Of a DNA stretch of 64,000 nt, positions 37,906 through 47,903 are shown piece after piece. The notes under the pieces were generated by a model. It searched no databases. It was not told the origin of the DNA and saw only the letters and a list, made by a program, of their open reading frames with translations. This DNA is from Candidatus Gottesmanbacteria bacterium (lineage in GTDB: Bacteria > Patescibacteriota > Microgenomatia > 2-02-FULL-39-11): NCBI GenBank assembly GCA_016186795.1, contig JACPKY010000002.1:604771-668770 (forward strand), written 5' to 3'. A program made the position numbers and the translations under genes. Each line of letters opens with the position of its first letter. Within the stretch, counting starts at the first letter, position 1.

Positions 37906-39618
37906 TTAACTTGTCACGGCGCCTTTGGAGGCGCTGCTTACCAGTTTGGCGTATTTTGCTAGCACTCCCCTTTTGTATTTGAAATTTGGTCTTTTCCATT
38001 TTCTCTTTCTCTCTTCCAAAACTTTAGCATCAACATCAATATCTACTACTCTTCTTGTCAGATCAATAGTGATACTATCCCCTTCCTCTACCAATCCAAT
38101 CGGTCCGCCGACGTGAGCTTCCGGCGAGACGTGACCGACCATGATACCGTGTGTTCCTCCGGAAAATCTGCCATCGGTAATAAGAGCCACGTCTTTCCCC
38201 AGTCCTGCCCCCATCAGTGCTGATGATGGAGATAACATTTCTCTCATACCGGGTCCTCCTTTGGGTCCTTCATTGCGAATAATAATCACATCGCCTTTTT
38301 TGATTTTCTTTGCCAAAATGGCATCGAGGGCATCTTCTTCCTTATCAAAAACTCTGGCAGGACCGGTATGTTTATCCAGCTCCTTTCCACTTAACTTGAT
38401 AACGGCTCCTTCTAGTGCAAGAGTTCCATAAAGAACAACAATATGATGCTCTGGCGATGCAAATGGCTTTTTTACATGAGCAATAATTTTCTGATCCTCA
38501 GGAAAATCCGGTGCTTCTTTGAGGTTTTCTGCAACAGTTTTCCCAGAAACGGTAAGACAGTCTCCATGGATAAGGTCTTCTTTAAGAAGCATTTTCATCA
38601 CCATTGGGATCCCACCAATGTTATCCAGATGTTCCATCATGTATGATCCAAATGGAGAAAAGTTTCCCAGAAGCGGAACATTTTTGGCAACTTCCGTAAA
38701 ATCATCAAGGGTTAAGGAAACCTCGGCTTCGTGAGCTAACGATAATAAATGTAATACTGCATTGGTTGATCCGCCAAGGGCAAGGACAACAGCAATAGCA
38801 TTTTCAAACGCTTTTCGCGTCATAATATCGCGGGCGTGAATTCCTTTTTCCATCAAATGGAAAAGCGCAGCAACACTTTCCATACAATCTTTCTTCTTCT
38901 TTTCTGAAATTTTATTCTCCCTGTCAACTGCCGGATGAGAAGCGCTTCCCGGCAAGCTCATACCAAGTGCTTCAATTGCTGAAGCCATGGTATTTGCCGT
39001 ATACATACCTCCACAGGCACCGTTTCCCGGACAAGCATTACACTCTATCCGATGAAATTCTTCATCAGTTATTTTGCCAACTCCGGCTGCACCCACTGCT
39101 TCAAAGACACTGACGATATTTAAGTCTTTCCCATTCCCTATCCCTGGTAAAATTGTCCCGCCATAAAGAGTTATTCCAATCGAGTTATTGCGGGCAAGAG
39201 GAATAAGAGCCCCAGGAATTGTTTTATCGCATCCAGCAAGAGTAAAACTGGCATCCGTTGCATAAGACTCTTGCATCATCTCGATACAGTCGGCGATAAG
39301 CTCCCTTGAGACAAGAGAATATTTCATCCCTTCCATGCCCATCGTCTCTCCATCTGTGACAACCGGAGTCCCAAAAACAATGGGTTTTCCACCTTGTTTC
39401 TCAATTTCTGCACCAACAATTTTCCCAAGATCTTCGATATGCGCATTGCAGGGAGTGATGTTGATGGCTGGGCACGCAACAGCAATAAGTGGTTTGGTAA
39501 AATCTTCGTCAGTAAATCCAACTGCTCGCATCATGGCCCGGGCTGGGGCGCGCTTGATCCAGTCTTTTCCCCCGGGAGTACCAGTTAATTGGTTGCTGCG
39601 GTTTTTGAGGGATTTCAT
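37906..39618 (-). CDS. ilvD: Dihydroxy-acid dehydratase
   Basis: [31 protein letters not shown]. Confidence 0.96.
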   Translation of the reverse strand: MKSLKNRSNQLTGTPGGKDWIKRAPARAMMRAVGFTDEDFTKPLIAVACPAINITPCNAHIEDLGKIVGAEIEKQGGKPIVFGTPVVTDGETMGMEGMKYSLVSRELIADCIEMMQESYATDASFTLAGCDKTIPGALIPLARNNSIGITLYGGTILPGIGNGKDLNIVSVFEAVGAAGVGKITDEEFHRIECNACPGNGACGGMYTANTMASAIEALGMSLPGSASHPAVDRENKISEKKKKDCMESVAALFHLMEKGIHARDIMTRKAFENAIAVVLALGGSTNAVLHLLSLAHEAEVSLTLDDFTEVAKNVPLLGNFSPFGSYMMEHLDNIGGIPMVMKMLLKEDLIHGDCLTVSGKTVAENLKEAPDFPEDQKIIAHVKKPFASPEHHIVVLYGTLALEGAVIKLSGKELDKHTGPARVFDKEEDALDAILAKKIKKGDVIIIRNEGPKGGPGMREMLSPSSALMGAGLGKDVALITDGRFSGGTHGIMVGHVSPEAHVGGPIGLVEEGDSITIDLTRRVVDIDVDAKVLEERKRKWKRPNFKYKRGVLAKYAKLVSSASKGAVTS

Positions 39619-40670
39619 TTTTTCTTCCAGTTCTCAGGTCGAAGTTGTCTTACTTGTTTTCCTGCCTGCCACATCTCCGAATTGCCCATTTCTTGGAGCT
39701 CGCAGTTCAAATCTTCTCTATAGTTGGGCTGACTGTTTTTATCCAAGACGCGTTTGGCCTCTGTCCCATCTGCAACTTTTTGATAAAGTTTCTCAAATAC
39801 CGGTTCGACTGCTTTTTTGAATTTGTCTTTCCAATCAAGTGCACCCCTTTGAGCAGTGGTACTTATATTTGCATACATCCAATCCATTCCTTTTTCGCCA
39901 ACAAGTTTTATTAGACTTTGGGTAAGCTCCTCAACTGTCTCATTAAACGCCTCAGAAGGTGAGTGACCTTTTTTCCGAAGCGTTTCATATTGCGCTTCCA
40001 TAACTCCAGTGAGAGCCCCAACTAAAATTCCCCTCTCACCTGTTAAATCACTAAATACTTCTTTCTCAAATGTTGTTGGGAATAAAAACCCGGACCCTAT
40101 GGCTATTCCTACTGCTAATACTTTTTCTTTTGCTTTCCCAGATGTATCCTGGAAAATGGCATAGCTACTATTTATTCCTGACCCATCAAGGAAGTTGCGC
40201 CGTACTGAAAGGCCGGATCCTTTTGGCGCTACCAAAATAACATCAACATCTTTGGGAGGAATAACACCGGTTAGATTTTTATAAGTTATCGAAAATCCAT
40301 GAGAAAAAACAAGTGTTTTCCCGTGGGTTAGATATTTTTGCAAAGTTGGCCAAAACGCTTTCTGTCCTGCATCGGAAAGTAAAAATAAGATAATCGTAGC
40401 TTTCTTTGCTGCAATTTCTAGATCAAAAAGAGTCTTGCCAGGAATCCACCCATCGGAAACTGCTTTGTCCCAGCTTTTGGAATTTTTCCGTTGACCAACG
40501 ATGACGTTAATTCCATTATCCCGCATGTTCTGGCTTTGCCCCGGACCTTGAACTCCGTATCCTAAGACGGCAACGGTTTCCTTTTTAAGAATTTCTTTGG
40601 CTTTCCCTAGAGGAAATTCCTCACGAGTTATGATATTTTCCTTAACTCCTCCGAAATCCAGTATTGCCAT
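39615..40670 (-). CDS. ilvC: Ketol-acid reductoisomerase (Bacteroidetes/Ilv5-like type)
   Basis: [29 protein letters not shown]. Confidence 0.94.
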   Translation of the reverse strand: MAILDFGGVKENIITREEFPLGKAKEILKKETVAVLGYGVQGPGQSQNMRDNGINVIVGQRKNSKSWDKAVSDGWIPGKTLFDLEIAAKKATIILFLLSDAGQKAFWPTLQKYLTHGKTLVFSHGFSITYKNLTGVIPPKDVDVILVAPKGSGLSVRRNFLDGSGINSSYAIFQDTSGKAKEKVLAVGIAIGSGFLFPTTFEKEVFSDLTGERGILVGALTGVMEAQYETLRKKGHSPSEAFNETVEELTQSLIKLVGEKGMDWMYANISTTAQRGALDWKDKFKKAVEPVFEKLYQKVADGTEAKRVLDKNSQPNYREDLNCELQEMGNSEMWQAGKQVRQLRPENWKKK

Positions 40671-40683
40671 ACTTTTTCTCCCT

Positions 40684-41607
40684 TTATACCTTTGTGAGCC
40701 AATCTGAATATTTTTTCTGTTTTCCTCGAACGAGAGAAAAGAAAAGCTTATTTATTTTTTCTGTGATAGGGCCCATTTTCCCGGTACCAATTTTTCTCCC
40801 ATCAACTTCTGCTACCCAAGCAACTTGTGCTCCAGTGCCAGTTAAAAACGCCTCGTCAGCAATATATACCTCTGTCCTGTCTATATTCCTTTCCTCAGTT
40901 GGTATATCTAAATCATGAGCAAGTTGGAGAATTGTTCTTCTCGTCATTCCCTCTAAAACATCACCATATTTAGGAGGTGTAACAAGAACACCATCGCGAA
41001 CAATGAAAAAATTTGCTCCACTTCCTTCGGCGATATGGCCATCGGCAGACATTAGAAGTGCATCATCGTACCCAAGATTTGCGGCATCACCTCTGGCAAG
41101 AGACGAGTTTATATATCCTCCAGAAATTTTGGCACGTGAAGGAATCATATTATCATTTATCCTCACCCAATTGGAGATTGCCAGTTTCAACCCTTTGGTT
41201 ATGGAAAGGTACTCTCCCAATGGAATCATGTAGAGAGCAAATTCAAATGTTAATGGCGCAAGATCTGGTGAAAGGAAAAAGTCACTCCCATATGCAAAAG
41301 GGCGAAGATAATAATCAGTTTTCGGCTGATTTTTCCTTACCAACTCAAGCGTCGTATGCATCAGTTGTCCAAGATCGTACCGGATAGATTTGTTAAGAAT
41401 TTTTAACGAGTTGAGAAATCTTTTGTAATGATCCTCGAGCCGGAAAATATACGTATGCTTTTTATCTGATGACGTATATCCCCGAATCCCCCCAAATATG
41501 GCATTACCATACTGAAGGGCATTGGTCATGATGTTTACCTTTGCTGTCTCAATTGGGACTATATTTCCTTCAAAAAACGCAAATGGAAATGATCGTGTAT
41601 CTTTCAT
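40684..41607 (-). CDS. ilvE: Branched-chain amino acid aminotransferase
   Basis: LQYG...GGIR, AKISGGY, EGSGAN, LEGMTR, GTGAQV. Confidence 0.92.
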   Translation of the reverse strand: MKDTRSFPFAFFEGNIVPIETAKVNIMTNALQYGNAIFGGIRGYTSSDKKHTYIFRLEDHYKRFLNSLKILNKSIRYDLGQLMHTTLELVRKNQPKTDYYLRPFAYGSDFFLSPDLAPLTFEFALYMIPLGEYLSITKGLKLAISNWVRINDNMIPSRAKISGGYINSSLARGDAANLGYDDALLMSADGHIAEGSGANFFIVRDGVLVTPPKYGDVLEGMTRRTILQLAHDLDIPTEERNIDRTEVYIADEAFLTGTGAQVAWVAEVDGRKIGTGKMGPITEKINKLFFSLVRGKQKKYSDWLTKV

Positions 41608-41609
41608 AG

Positions 41610-42047
41610 TTACGAGCAGCCGCAGTTTCCGCCGCAACCACATCCTCCTTCTTCATGAGCCATAGGACGCGTAATATAGGCAACTGCATCTATTTCAACA
41701 AGAGCATCTTTGGGAAGTTTCGCAACTTGAACTGTTGCCCGTGCTGGATAGGGCTTTTGAAAAAATGAAGCATATACTTCATTCATCTTTCCGTAGTCAT
41801 CCATGCTTTTAAGATACACAGTTGTTTTAAGAATCGTTTGTAAACTTCCGCCAGCCTCTTCCAAGACATACTCGAGATTTGTTAATGCTTGACGAGTTTG
41901 TTCTTCAATTGCCCCTTTGACAAACTCCTTCGTTTTCGGATCAACACCGATATGACCGGAACAAAAAATTAAATCACCCAAGACAATCCCTGGTGAATAT
42001 GGGCCAATTGCCGCAACACCCTTTTTCGCAACAATTTCTTTTTTCAT
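41610..42047 (-). CDS. ridA: RidA enamine/imine deaminase with Cys-rich tail
   Basis: AIGPYS, SG.I, N.VY..FF..PYPAR, VEID. Confidence 0.9.
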   Translation of the reverse strand: MKKEIVAKKGVAAIGPYSPGIVLGDLIFCSGHIGVDPKTKEFVKGAIEEQTRQALTNLEYVLEEAGGSLQTILKTTVYLKSMDDYGKMNEVYASFFQKPYPARATVQVAKLPKDALVEIDAVAYITRPMAHEEGGCGCGGNCGCS

Positions 42048-43918
42048 AAGCTTTTCTCCTTTCGGTGGTTTTTCACTTGATAATACAATTCGTTGTACCC
42101 AGCAACATATGCATTCATCGATGCCACTATTATATCAGGAGATGTTCCTTTCTCGACTACTTGCGTACCATTTTGCGCCTGAAGCACCATTGTCACCTCT
42201 ACAGTTGAATCACTCCCAGTCGTTGGAATCTCAACGGTAAAATCTGAGAGTTTAAATTTCAACCCATCGTGTTTTGCGATAACCTTATTGATTGCAGAAA
42301 TTGCTGCATCGACCGGTCCAACCCCATCACTTTGTGCATGATACTTCTTCCCATGCAATAAAACATCAATGGTTGCTTTGGGCCGTTTATTTTTGGTATC
42401 CCAAATTTGAAAATCGGTAAGTGTGAGATATTTATTTTTTGTCTCCTGCTGAATAATTCCTTCAAGAATAGACTGAAGATCTGCACGTCCTATGACTTTT
42501 CCTTTATCTTTTATAAACTGACGTAAACGAAGATATGTTTCCTCTAAATCTCGTTTGGGTAACTTTATACCAAACTCGTCTTTCACCACGTTTTGTATCC
42601 GACTCTTTGTAGGAAGGGAGGAAAAAAGAATTTTTTCTTTGTCCCTCACTCCTTGTGCACGAAGCGCAAACAGATTCCCAGAAATAACTCTTTTCACTTC
42701 CTTCTCATCTGGTTCAATCGTTGGAGGTTCGGCAAGTACCTTCAGAGTTGCTGCTGGATCTTTCAAGCCAGCTCCTGTTGCAACACAGACAACACGATCA
42801 TCTCTTTGAATTGTTCCATCTCGTAACAGTTTCTTTAATGCAACAATAGTGGTTGCGGATGATGGCTCAATGTAGAGAGCTTCCAAATGAGCAAGTTCCT
42901 GCTGAGCTGCAAGCGTTTCCTCATCAGAGACCGAAACGACCATTCCATGTGAACGATTGAGCGCTTCTATAACCTTGACTCCATCAAGAGGATTCCCAAC
43001 TGCGATTGCCGAATTTATGGTCTTTGGATTTTTAACGGGTTTGATAAAAAACTCGCTCTTATCTGTTTTTTGAAATATCGAATGACACCCATAGGCCTGC
43101 ACTGCAATAAGTTTTGGAAGTTTTTCGATAAATCCTAAGCGGTAATACTCCCAAAACCCCTTCCAGATAGAAGCTAAATTTGTCCCCATTCCAACAGGAA
43201 CAATGACCCAGTCAATTATTGCCTCCCAAGTACTTTCTGCCAACTCAAACCCAAGAGACTTCTGACCCTCAGACCGAAAGACATAATCTCCCGCAAGGTA
43301 ATACCCGTATGTTTTGGCCGTCTTTTCTGCAAGCGTATTTGCCTCAGTGTATGTTCCACGTACCTGAATAACTTTGGCACCATACGATAGACTTTGTGCC
43401 AATTTTCCCCTTGGAGTGTTCTCGGGTACAAAGACAAAACACGAAAGACCTGCTTGAGCAGAGTAGGCTGCAACCGATGCAGCCATATTTCCGGTTGAAG
43501 CAACACAAACAGATGAGTATCCCAGTTCTTTTGCTTTATTGATTTCAATGAAACTTCCCCGATCCTTAAATGCTCCGGTTGGGTTAAGCCCTTCATTTTT
43601 AATAAATAGTTTGGGAATCCCGATTTTCTCACCAAGTCGTCGTGCCTGATGCAAAGGTGTTCCCCCTTCCTGCAGACTAATAAGATTGTCGCGGGTCTTT
43701 AAAGGGTAAAAATCAAGATATTTCAGTGTTTTTGATGGAGTATTTTTGAGTATGTATGCATTAACCTGCTTTTTCAGTTCGTCATAATCGTATGTTACAT
43801 CAAGGGGGCCTCTACACGAGAGACAACGTGACGTAGTCTTTAGCTCATCGGTCTTTTTATGGCAAGCAACACAGGAAAGATAGTATAGATTCTTATTCAT
43901 AAAAGAATTCAAATTCAT
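42044..43918 (-). CDS. Threonine-synthase-family PLP enzyme fused to a LeuA-type allosteric domain
   Basis: NPTGAFKDRG, ASTGN, EGQK, TGAGLKD; C-terminus GVGPVDA...SPDIIVASMNAY. Confidence 0.85.
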   Translation of the reverse strand: MNLNSFMNKNLYYLSCVACHKKTDELKTTSRCLSCRGPLDVTYDYDELKKQVNAYILKNTPSKTLKYLDFYPLKTRDNLISLQEGGTPLHQARRLGEKIGIPKLFIKNEGLNPTGAFKDRGSFIEINKAKELGYSSVCVASTGNMAASVAAYSAQAGLSCFVFVPENTPRGKLAQSLSYGAKVIQVRGTYTEANTLAEKTAKTYGYYLAGDYVFRSEGQKSLGFELAESTWEAIIDWVIVPVGMGTNLASIWKGFWEYYRLGFIEKLPKLIAVQAYGCHSIFQKTDKSEFFIKPVKNPKTINSAIAVGNPLDGVKVIEALNRSHGMVVSVSDEETLAAQQELAHLEALYIEPSSATTIVALKKLLRDGTIQRDDRVVCVATGAGLKDPAATLKVLAEPPTIEPDEKEVKRVISGNLFALRAQGVRDKEKILFSSLPTKSRIQNVVKDEFGIKLPKRDLEETYLRLRQFIKDKGKVIGRADLQSILEGIIQQETKNKYLTLTDFQIWDTKNKRPKATIDVLLHGKKYHAQSDGVGPVDAAISAINKVIAKHDGLKFKLSDFTVEIPTTGSDSTVEVTMVLQAQNGTQVVEKGTSPDIIVASMNAYVAGYNELYYQVKNHRKEKSL

Positions 43919-44397
43919 TTAAAAAGAGCTGTTCTTCCAGTACGGACAAATTCAATAATGCGATATTCTTTCATATTTTCGTAAAAAGCGTCAATTTTTT
44001 CCTCTCCACCGGTCACCTCAACTAAGAATGTATCTTTGGTCATATGGAGAACCTTTGCGCGAAAGTGCTCTATTATTTTTAATATTTCACCTTTTTCTCC
44101 CTTTCCTTTAATCTGAATTTTGGCAAGAGCCAGCTCGCGACTGATAAGTTTTTCATCGGCTACTTTCTCAACACGTAAAACATTTACCAGTTTGGCAACT
44201 TGTTTACACATATTGGCTACTTGGTCTCCGTTCCCAGAGACGGTGATGGTAAATCGCGTGACATTTGGTATCTCTGTATACCCAACGGTAGCGGTTTCGA
44301 TGTTGAACATTTTTCGACGAAAAAGCCAGAGAATTCGGAAAAAAACTCCGGGAGTATTTTCACTCCAAATGATAATTGTTGAAAGATTTTTTGCCAT
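43915..44397 (-). CDS. ilvN: Acetolactate synthase regulatory subunit
   Basis: EN.PGV..RI..LF.R..FNIE, RELAL, E.VRTG. Confidence 0.92.
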   Translation of the reverse strand: MAKNLSTIIIWSENTPGVFFRILWLFRRKMFNIETATVGYTEIPNVTRFTITVSGNGDQVANMCKQVAKLVNVLRVEKVADEKLISRELALAKIQIKGKGEKGEILKIIEHFRAKVLHMTKDTFLVEVTGGEEKIDAFYENMKEYRIIEFVRTGRTALFK

Positions 44398-44398
44398 A

Positions 44399-46129
44399 TT
44401 ACTTATCCTTGGGAGAAACAATCATATCCGCAATTCCAGCTCCCGCTGGAATCATAGGAAACACGTTTTCTTCGGCTTCAACTACAAACTCTACTAAAAA
44501 AGGTCCTCTCTTTTTCCGTGCTTTGGAAATTGCCTCACGAGTTTCTTTAAATGTTTTTGCTTTTAAAGAGGGAATCCCAAACCCGTCACAGAGCTTTTGG
44601 AAATTTGGGTTTTTAAGCTTCACCTCAGAGTAATTCCCTTTGTAAAATAACTCTTGCCATTGCCGAACCATTCCCAAGAAATTATTATTCAGAAGCGCTA
44701 TTTTTACTTCAAGTTTTTCTTGAACGATTGTTGCCAATTCCTGGATGGTCATTTGAATTCCTCCATCTCCTATAACAATCCACACCTCACGATTGGAATC
44801 TGCACTTTTCACTCCCATTCCGGCGGGAAGTGCAAATCCCATAGTACCTAGTCCTCCTGAAGTGATGTGAGTGTTGTAATCATTAAACGTATAATATCGA
44901 GCAGCATACATCTGATTCTGCCCTACATCGGCAACAATAGTTGCTTTATTTTTAGTTTGTCTCGATATTTCCGCAATCACTTGCGCGGACTTTAAGTGCG
45001 GAGCATGCAGTTCTTTCTTATACACTTTTTCCGTTTCCTCGCGCTTCCACTGATGAAACCGCTTGAGCCACTGGGGATTCCGACGTTTGGAAAGCTTTGG
45101 AAGAATCTGCTCAAGGACCATTTTTGCATCTCCAACCACTCCAAGTGTTGGCTTTACGTTTTTCCCTAACTCAGACGGATCAATATCGATATGGATTATT
45201 TTTGCCTGTTGTGCGTACTTTGCGACATTCCCCGTCACGCGATCATGAAATCGCATTCCAACAGCAAGAATAACATCGGCTTCATTTGGGGCCCTGTTTG
45301 CGGCAACATTCCCGTGCATTCCCGGCATACCCATAAACAACCGATGTGTTGATGGAATTGTTGAAAGACCAAGCTGGGTGAGTGTTACCGGAATATCTTG
45401 TTTTTCTGCAATTTGCAAAAGTGTCTTCCCGTCACCTGAAAGAAGCATCCCATGTCCTGCGATAATAAGAGGACGAACGGCAGAATTTAACATGGATACT
45501 ATCTTTTCAACTTCTTTTGGTGTTGCTTGTAGTCTTACTCTTCCCTCAAGATGTTTTTTGGGCAAAGGAATATGAAATTCGGCATAGGCAGTTTGCGCAT
45601 CCTTTGTGATATCAACAAGTACTGGTCCGGGGCGCCCATGTGATGCAAGATAAAATGCCTCGTACAGACTTGGTGCAATATCTTCTGCTTTTGTCACCAA
45701 ATAATTGTGTTTAGTTACGGCAAGTGTCACACCCAAAACATCAGTTTCTTGAAACGCATCGGTTCCTAAAAGTGGCGATGGAACTTGTCCAGTTATACAA
45801 ACAAGAGGAACACTATCAAGCATGGCATCGGCAAGACCGGTCACAAGATTTGTTGCACCAGGTCCACTTGTTGCAAAACAAATGCCAGGTATACCGTTTG
45901 CCCATGCGTACCCTTCTGCAGCGTGAGCTGCTCCTTGCTCGTGACGAACTAAGATATGGTGGAGCTCCGGATATTTATACAAGGCATCGTAAATCGGAAT
46001 ATTTGCTCCGCCCGGATACCCAAATATTGTTCGGACACCGTGGCGAAGCAAACACTCACAGACTATATCTGCCCCTTGCACTTTTTCACCTTCTTTTAAT
46101 CTGGTTTTTAGTTTCGTTTTTTGCTCCAT
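44399..46129 (-). CDS. ilvB: Acetolactate synthase catalytic subunit
   Basis: FGYPGG, RHEQ, TSGPGATN, GDGG...NN; start trimmed to MEQKTK after the attenuator. Confidence 0.95.
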   Translation of the reverse strand: MEQKTKLKTRLKEGEKVQGADIVCECLLRHGVRTIFGYPGGANIPIYDALYKYPELHHILVRHEQGAAHAAEGYAWANGIPGICFATSGPGATNLVTGLADAMLDSVPLVCITGQVPSPLLGTDAFQETDVLGVTLAVTKHNYLVTKAEDIAPSLYEAFYLASHGRPGPVLVDITKDAQTAYAEFHIPLPKKHLEGRVRLQATPKEVEKIVSMLNSAVRPLIIAGHGMLLSGDGKTLLQIAEKQDIPVTLTQLGLSTIPSTHRLFMGMPGMHGNVAANRAPNEADVILAVGMRFHDRVTGNVAKYAQQAKIIHIDIDPSELGKNVKPTLGVVGDAKMVLEQILPKLSKRRNPQWLKRFHQWKREETEKVYKKELHAPHLKSAQVIAEISRQTKNKATIVADVGQNQMYAARYYTFNDYNTHITSGGLGTMGFALPAGMGVKSADSNREVWIVIGDGGIQMTIQELATIVQEKLEVKIALLNNNFLGMVRQWQELFYKGNYSEVKLKNPNFQKLCDGFGIPSLKAKTFKETREAISKARKKRGPFLVEFVVEAEENVFPMIPAGAGIADMIVSPKDK

Positions 46130-46134
46130 AAAAC

Positions 46135-46162
46135 AAAAAACCTCTCGTTTCTTGAGAGGTTT
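46135..46162 (-). terminator. ilv attenuator terminator
   Basis: AAACCTCTC-aagaaac-GAGAGGTTT-TTT on the minus strand. Confidence 0.85.
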
Positions 46163-46180
46163 CAATCTTTATTCTTACTT

Positions 46181-46276
46181 TTATTTCTTTATTCTTGCCT
46201 TTATTACCTCCCAAGAATATCCCTGCACAATTGCAAGGACAATAACTGAGAGAATAATAAGGTTATTTTTGATCAT
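46181..46276 (-). CDS. ilv leader peptide MIKNNLIILSVIVLAIVQGYSWEVIKARIKK
   Basis: 10 of residues 6-17 are Ile/Leu/Val; contains the antiterminator segment. Confidence 0.82.
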   Translation of the reverse strand: MIKNNLIILSVIVLAIVQGYSWEVIKARIKK

Positions 46277-46286
46277 GACTGGTGGA

Positions 46287-46315
46287 ACTATAACAAAGTG
46301 ATACTTTACTGTCAA
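46287..46315 (-). promoter_or_regulatory. ilv operon promoter
   Basis: TTGACA-17 nt-TATAGT with TGn extension. Confidence 0.8.
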
Positions 46316-46325
46316 TAGGCATGTT

Positions 46326-47855
46326 TTAGAAAAGTTCTTCTTCCCTAGGTCTGTATTGGAGAGCTTCTGCAATAAATCTTGGTTCAACGATTTTTTCTTC
46401 CTCTAAATCTGCGATAGTTTGCGCAAGTTTTATTATCCGGTGGTAACTTCTCGCCGATAACTGTAATGAAACTACAGCTTTTTTTAAAAGTGATAGACAC
46501 TCGGTTGATAAAGGAATAAATTCTTTTATTTCCTTTGACCGTAAATCACTATTACAGGTAAATGGAGTTCCCTTAAACCGTCTCAATTGTATATCTCGTG
46601 CTTTTTGAACTCGTTTCCGAACTATTTTCGATGAATCTAGTCTCTTTTCACCTGTCAACGCTTCGATTTTTACCTGTGGCAGATGTATATGAAGATCAAT
46701 ACGATCATAAATAGGACCTGATACTCGCTTTGTGTACCGTATAATCTGCCCGGCAGGACAGGTACACTTCTTGGTAAGATCTCCAAAATTTCCGCATGGG
46801 CATGGATTTGCTGCAGCAACAAGCATGAATTTCGCCGGATAGGTAATTGTTCCAGATGCTCGTGAAATAGTCACAATACCATCTTCAATTGGCTGCCGAA
46901 GAGCTTCAAGTACAGATCTCGGAAATTCAGGAAATTCATCCAAAAATAAAACACCGCGATGCGCAAGAGAAATCTCTCCTGGAATTGGACGAGCCCCTCC
47001 TCCAATAAGTCCAATTCGAGATGTCGTATGATGTGGGGCTCGAAATGGTCGTGACGAAATAAGCGAGCGACCTTGAGAAAGATTTCCCGTGATTGAATAT
47101 ATTTTTGTCACCTCAAGAGCTTCATTTTCTGTCAAATCGGGTAGTATTGCCGGAAACGCCCGTGCAAGCATTGTTTTTCCAGCCCCTGGTACTCCTTTGA
47201 AAAAAATATTATGACCTCCGGCTGCAGCAATCTCAAGCGCACGCTTCCCTTGCTCTTGCCCAAGTACATCAGAAAGATCAAACTCTGCGCTTTTTTCCTC
47301 ATGAAAAGTATGAAACGAAACATGAGGTAAAGGAGAAATACTGCTCGTCCCTGTTATATGTCGAAAAAGTGCCAGAAGTGATTGGCACGGATAAACAGAT
47401 ATGTGATCAATAATTGCTGCTTCTTTCGCATTGATTTCAGAAAGATAAAGACCGGTAAATTTTTTCTCTTTTGCAAGGAGTGTAACTGGAAGAACTCCGT
47501 TGGTATGTGTAAGCGACCCATCAAGTGACAATGCCCCATACGCAAGTATCCGAGAATCTACTTTCGGAAGCTGGCCTGAGGCAATGAGAATGCCAAGAGC
47601 AATTGGCAAATCATAGGCCGGTCCATCTTTTGGAATATCAGCTGGTGCCAGATTGACGGTAATTCTATGTGGAGGAAACTCTGCACCGGAGTTTCTTATG
47701 GCTGAGCGTACTCTTTCTTTTGATTCTTCAACTGATTTTGAGGGAAGACCAACAATGGTAAAGGATGGAAGACTTTTGGTTGATATATCAACTTCGACAA
47801 TAATTGGGATTGGTTCAAGACCGACTGTTGCACCAGAATGTATTTTTGCAAACAT
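46326..47855 (-). CDS. comM: YifB/ComM Mg-chelatase-like AAA ATPase
   Basis: VNLAPAD, GVPGAGKT, RAPHH, GEISLAHRGVLFLDE, NPCPCG. Confidence 0.9.
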   Translation of the reverse strand: MFAKIHSGATVGLEPIPIIVEVDISTKSLPSFTIVGLPSKSVEESKERVRSAIRNSGAEFPPHRITVNLAPADIPKDGPAYDLPIALGILIASGQLPKVDSRILAYGALSLDGSLTHTNGVLPVTLLAKEKKFTGLYLSEINAKEAAIIDHISVYPCQSLLALFRHITGTSSISPLPHVSFHTFHEEKSAEFDLSDVLGQEQGKRALEIAAAGGHNIFFKGVPGAGKTMLARAFPAILPDLTENEALEVTKIYSITGNLSQGRSLISSRPFRAPHHTTSRIGLIGGGARPIPGEISLAHRGVLFLDEFPEFPRSVLEALRQPIEDGIVTISRASGTITYPAKFMLVAAANPCPCGNFGDLTKKCTCPAGQIIRYTKRVSGPIYDRIDLHIHLPQVKIEALTGEKRLDSSKIVRKRVQKARDIQLRRFKGTPFTCNSDLRSKEIKEFIPLSTECLSLLKKAVVSLQLSARSYHRIIKLAQTIADLEEEKIVEPRFIAEALQYRPREEELF

Positions 47856-47903
47856 GTTTTTAGTGTACCATGTTCTTTTTGCCTCAAAAATGATATAATC
47901 AAC

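Noticed and set aside
37904-37999. Upstream extension of the HEPN-like ORF
   Set aside because: It overlaps the ilvD 3' end in another frame; ATG 37903 fits coupling better
42044-43918. Plain thrC annotation
   Set aside because: Altered phosphate-site motifs, extra LeuA-type domain, ilv context and no Thr codons in the leader make the simple call unsafe, though not excluded
46277-46387. 68-aa version of the ilv leader ORF
   Set aside because: It starts upstream of the promoter, inside comM; only 46276-46181 is on the predicted transcript
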